Origin: Octopus sinensis
Lineage: Eukaryota
Length of the DNA stretch: 11,924 bases
Reading direction: 5' to 3'
Assembly (NCBI RefSeq): GCF_006345805.1
Contig: NW_021826861.1
Span: forward strand, 1 to 11,924
The notes beneath the pieces were generated by a model. That model was not told the DNA's origin and searched no databases. It saw only the letters and a list, made by a program, of their open reading frames with translations. This document shows, one piece after another, positions 9,338-11,924 of this stretch. Every line of letters begins with the position of its first letter. Position 1 is the stretch's first letter. The position numbers and the translations under genes were made by a program.

Positions 9338-9683
9338 TTTTTACTTGTTTCAGTCCTTAAACTGCGGCCATGCTGGGGCAGTACCTTGAAAAATTTTAGT
9401 CGTACAAATCGACCCTTGTACTTATAATTTTTTTAAAGCTCGATACTTATTCTATCGGATCTCTTTGCCGATCCGCTATGTTATGGGTATGTAAAAACAC
9501 TAACTACAGTTGTCAAACGATGGTGGAACACATACATACACACACTATAAGTTTCTCTCAGTTTCCGCCTACCAAATCCGCTCACGGTTGAAGACACTTA
9601 CCTAAAGTGTCACGCAGTGAGGATGAACCCGGAACCATGTGGTTGGGAAACAAACTTCTTACCATACAGCCACTCGTGCGGCT
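9338..9683 (-). mobile_element. SINE, group A, with an internal deletion in the 5' half
   Basis: The reverse complement matches both halves (TTTTACTTGTTTCAG...ACTGCGGCCATGCTGG; GAACCCGGAACCATGTGG...CAGCCACTC). The stretch between GCTCAC and GAAGACACTT is shortened relative to other copies. Confidence 0.87.
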
Positions 9684-9730
9684 ACATACATACGTGCGTA
9701 AGTACCTACGTATGCATGTGTGCATATATG

Positions 9731-9764
<34 letters not shown>

Positions 9765-9773
9765 TGTATGTAT

Positions 9774-9946
9774 AGGGAGAGTTTACGAAAAAAAACAAAA
9801 AGACGAAGACAGGTGGTGTACAAAACAAACAGATGTATTAGTATAACGCTCAGGAATAGAAAAAAGTCTTTTACGTTTTGAGCCTACGCTCTTCTACAGA
9901 AAAGGACACAGAAAAAAAAGGAGAGAAAATAATGTGTGTAGCGGCT
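9774..9946 (-). mobile_element. Probable Penelope-type terminal-repeat fragment carrying a degenerate minimal hammerhead
   Basis: The minus strand at 9903-9868 reads UUUU-CUGUAGA-A-GAGC GUAG GCUC-AAAA-CGU-A-AAAG. The layout matches minimal PLE hammerheads (CUGANGA-A-stem II-GAAACGUH) but has two core changes (A6 to U, G12 to A). Microsatellites flank both sides. Confidence 0.55.
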
Positions 9947-10265
9947 ATATGTATGTATGCATGCATGTATGTGTGTGTGTTCATGTTTCATATTTCTGGA
10001 CTATTTTCTTCAAGGTTGTATTAATCGTTCCTAATGACTTCATTATTATATCACACAGGTATTTATTTTATCGGGCTTTATTTATCGAATAGCTAAGTTA
10101 TCTTTTAGCTTAAGTGAAAACCACGTAAGTCATCATATGACACCAGTGTACACAAACACAGGCCTTATGAGATCAGTGATCCAAGCTCAACGTTCTTTTT
10201 AAACACGTCCTTAGACAGGTCTTCGAAAACAAGTTTTAAGATATGATTTAATATATTTTCATGTG

Positions 10266-10315
10266 AAGGCGGCGAGCTGGCAGAAACGTTAGCACGCCGG
10301 GCGAAATGTGTGTGT

Positions 10316-10378
<63 letters not shown>

Positions 10379-10595
10379 TGATATGTTTGTGTGTCTGTGT
10401 TTGTCCCCCCAGCATCGCTTGACCACCGATGCTGGTGTGTTTACGTCCCCGTAACATAGCGGTTCGGCAAAAAGGACCGAGAGAATAAGTGCTAAGGCTT
10501 ACAAAGAATAAGTCCTGGGGTCGATTTGCTCGACTAAAGGCGGTGCTCCAGCATGGCCGCAGTCAAATGGCTGAAACAAGTAAAAGAGCAAAGAG
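10266..10595 (+). mobile_element. Chimeric SINE: group C head, (TG)n, group A 3' half
   Basis: 10266-10308 matches the group C head at 1391-1433, then a (TG)n tract at ~10309-10390, then 10391-10595 matches the 3' half of 4291-4704. Confidence 0.88.
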
Positions 10596-11348
10596 TATTC
10601 AATTTTATTTATCCATTCCATTTATGAATGTTTAATAATTGAATGCTGTGAGTTAAAAATCACCGTTTTCTTTTCAACATGTGTCTATTTATTAGCGAGG
10701 TCTCATATAGAATATTTTTTTGTTTTAATCTTGAAATAAATTAAATGTGTTTCAATTTACTGTCAGGTGACTTTTAGCCAACCCTGTATTTGCTTTTGAT
10801 CAGGGATACATAATGGACAATATGACCTAGATATACAAAAAGTTGGGAGGATTGCAATTGGGATGCTTTTGATGATAGCTCTGCCCTATCGGAGCTAAAA
10901 TTCCACTTCCACCTCAACGAAAAGACAATTATGTGATTAAACCAAAGATGGAATCTAAAGGACAAATGTAGCTGCGACCATTTTTTTTTTTTTCGTAATT
11001 TATTAATTTTCTTTCAACAATTCATAGAGTGCATACAGAACATTGAGAATCCAAACAACGACGCATCTGTATTCGTCGGAAAAGTGTCCTCATGTTGGTT
11101 GTTGCTTGAGGCAAGTCACTAAGCTCGATTCAGGCTGAAGCGCACAACACTCGAAACGTAGAGAAAGAAACAACGGAGATGAGGAAACCACTCCGACTAA
11201 AACATAATATAAAAATTTCTCATCACAAAAAATACAGAAGTGTATTAGCCAATTGGTACGGCGCCAGCATAAGACATCAGTGAACGTTTATAAGCATTAA
11301 AAATTCACTCTGACATTGCCTATGGGCATAGCGTAATGGATAAAGACG

Positions 11349-11351
11349 CTT

Positions 11352-11382
<31 letters not shown>

Positions 11383-11393
11383 TTATTATTATT
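11349..11393. repeat. (CTT)n then (ATT)n trinucleotide microsatellite
   Basis: Seen directly. Confidence 0.95.
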
Positions 11394-11730
11394 GTGGAGG
11401 CGCAATGGCTCAGTGGTTAGGGCAGCGGACTCGCGGTCGTAGGATCGCGGTTTCGATTCCCAGACCGGGCATTGTGAGTGTTTATTGAGCGAAAACACCT
11501 AAAGCTTCACCACAACTTTCTCTCACTCTTTCTTCCCTGTTTCTGTTGTACCTGTATTTCAAAGGGCCAGCCTTGTCACACTCTGTGTCACACTGAATCT
11601 CCTCGAGAACTACGTTAAGGGTACACGTGTCTGTGGAGTGCTCAGCCACTTGCACGTTAATTCCACGAGCAAGCTGTTCCGTTGATCGTATCAGCTGGGA
11701 CCCTCATCGTCGTAACCGACGGAGTGCTCC
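11394..11730 (+). mobile_element. tRNA-derived SINE, group B
   Basis: Strong A-box TGGCTCAGTGG (11406-11416) and B-box-like GTTTCGATTCC (11450-11460). The 3' module is shared with 5841-5986. (ATT)n tracts lie on both flanks. Confidence 0.88.
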
Positions 11731-11760
11731 TAATTATTATTATTATTATCATTATTATTT

Positions 11761-11924
11761 AAGGCAGCGAGCTGGTAGAATCGTTAGCACGCTGGATGAA
11801 ATTCTTAGCGTCTTTTCATCCGTTGCTACGTTCAGAGTTCAAATTCCACCGAGGTCGACATTGCCTTTTATCCTTTAGGGGGTCGATAAATTTAGTACCA
11901 GTGAGACACTGGGGTCGATGTAGT
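11761..11924 (+). mobile_element. SINE, group C, cut by the window end
   Basis: Aligns to 1391-1553 (AAGGCAGCGAGCTGG, GAGTTCAAATTCC, GAGGTCGAC, CACTGGGGTCGATGTA). Confidence 0.88.

Noticed and set aside
10800-10960. Possible LINE RT relic (RIA..WDAF across a frameshift)
   Set aside because: The resemblance is only a few residues and needs frameshifts and stops. A TBLASTX or HMM search against RTE/CR1 RTs would be required.
11125-11170. Hammerhead-like half motif CTGAAGC...ACTCGAAACGTAGAG on the plus strand
   Set aside because: GAAACGUA is present, but there is no correct CUGANGA with a pairing stem II and stem I. It could be a decayed relic; only a family consensus could rescue it.
11396-11470. 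SINE heads as true tRNA genes (also ~5698-5765 and 4291-4360)
   Set aside because: A and B boxes are present, but I could not form a complete cloverleaf, no oligo-T terminator directly follows the head, and each continues into a multicopy SINE body.
577-11878. All ORFs in the track other than 5042-5704
   Set aside because: Most translate TA/CA/TATG microsatellites (YIYI, CVCV, HTHT, MYVC), SINE sequence or the 16-bp array. None of them, including the few in unique sequence, shows a recognisable protein family motif.

Overview
AT-rich, microsatellite-dense eukaryotic non-coding DNA made largely of interspersed repeats. The tRNA-derived SINE types and the TATG/CA/TA microsatellite load resemble octopus (coleoid cephalopod) genomes; this is inference from recall and was not database-checked. 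No host exon is supportable. The main signal is a minus-strand Penelope-like retroelement fragment (~3378-5694). It has an open GIY-YIG endonuclease ORF with a Cys-rich CxCx5C/CxxC/CxH signature (5042-5704). About 1.55 kb downstream on the same strand is a type I hammerhead ribozyme with every catalytic nucleotide intact (3408-3491). A 210-bp tandem duplication and a young SINE lie between them. A second, degenerate minimal hammerhead is at 9868-9903 (-). Three SINE groups (called A, B, C here) show module swapping and occur as close inverted pairs. There is also a perfect 10-copy 16-bp minisatellite. All other ORFs in the supplied track appear to be artefacts of microsatellites, SINEs or the minisatellite.
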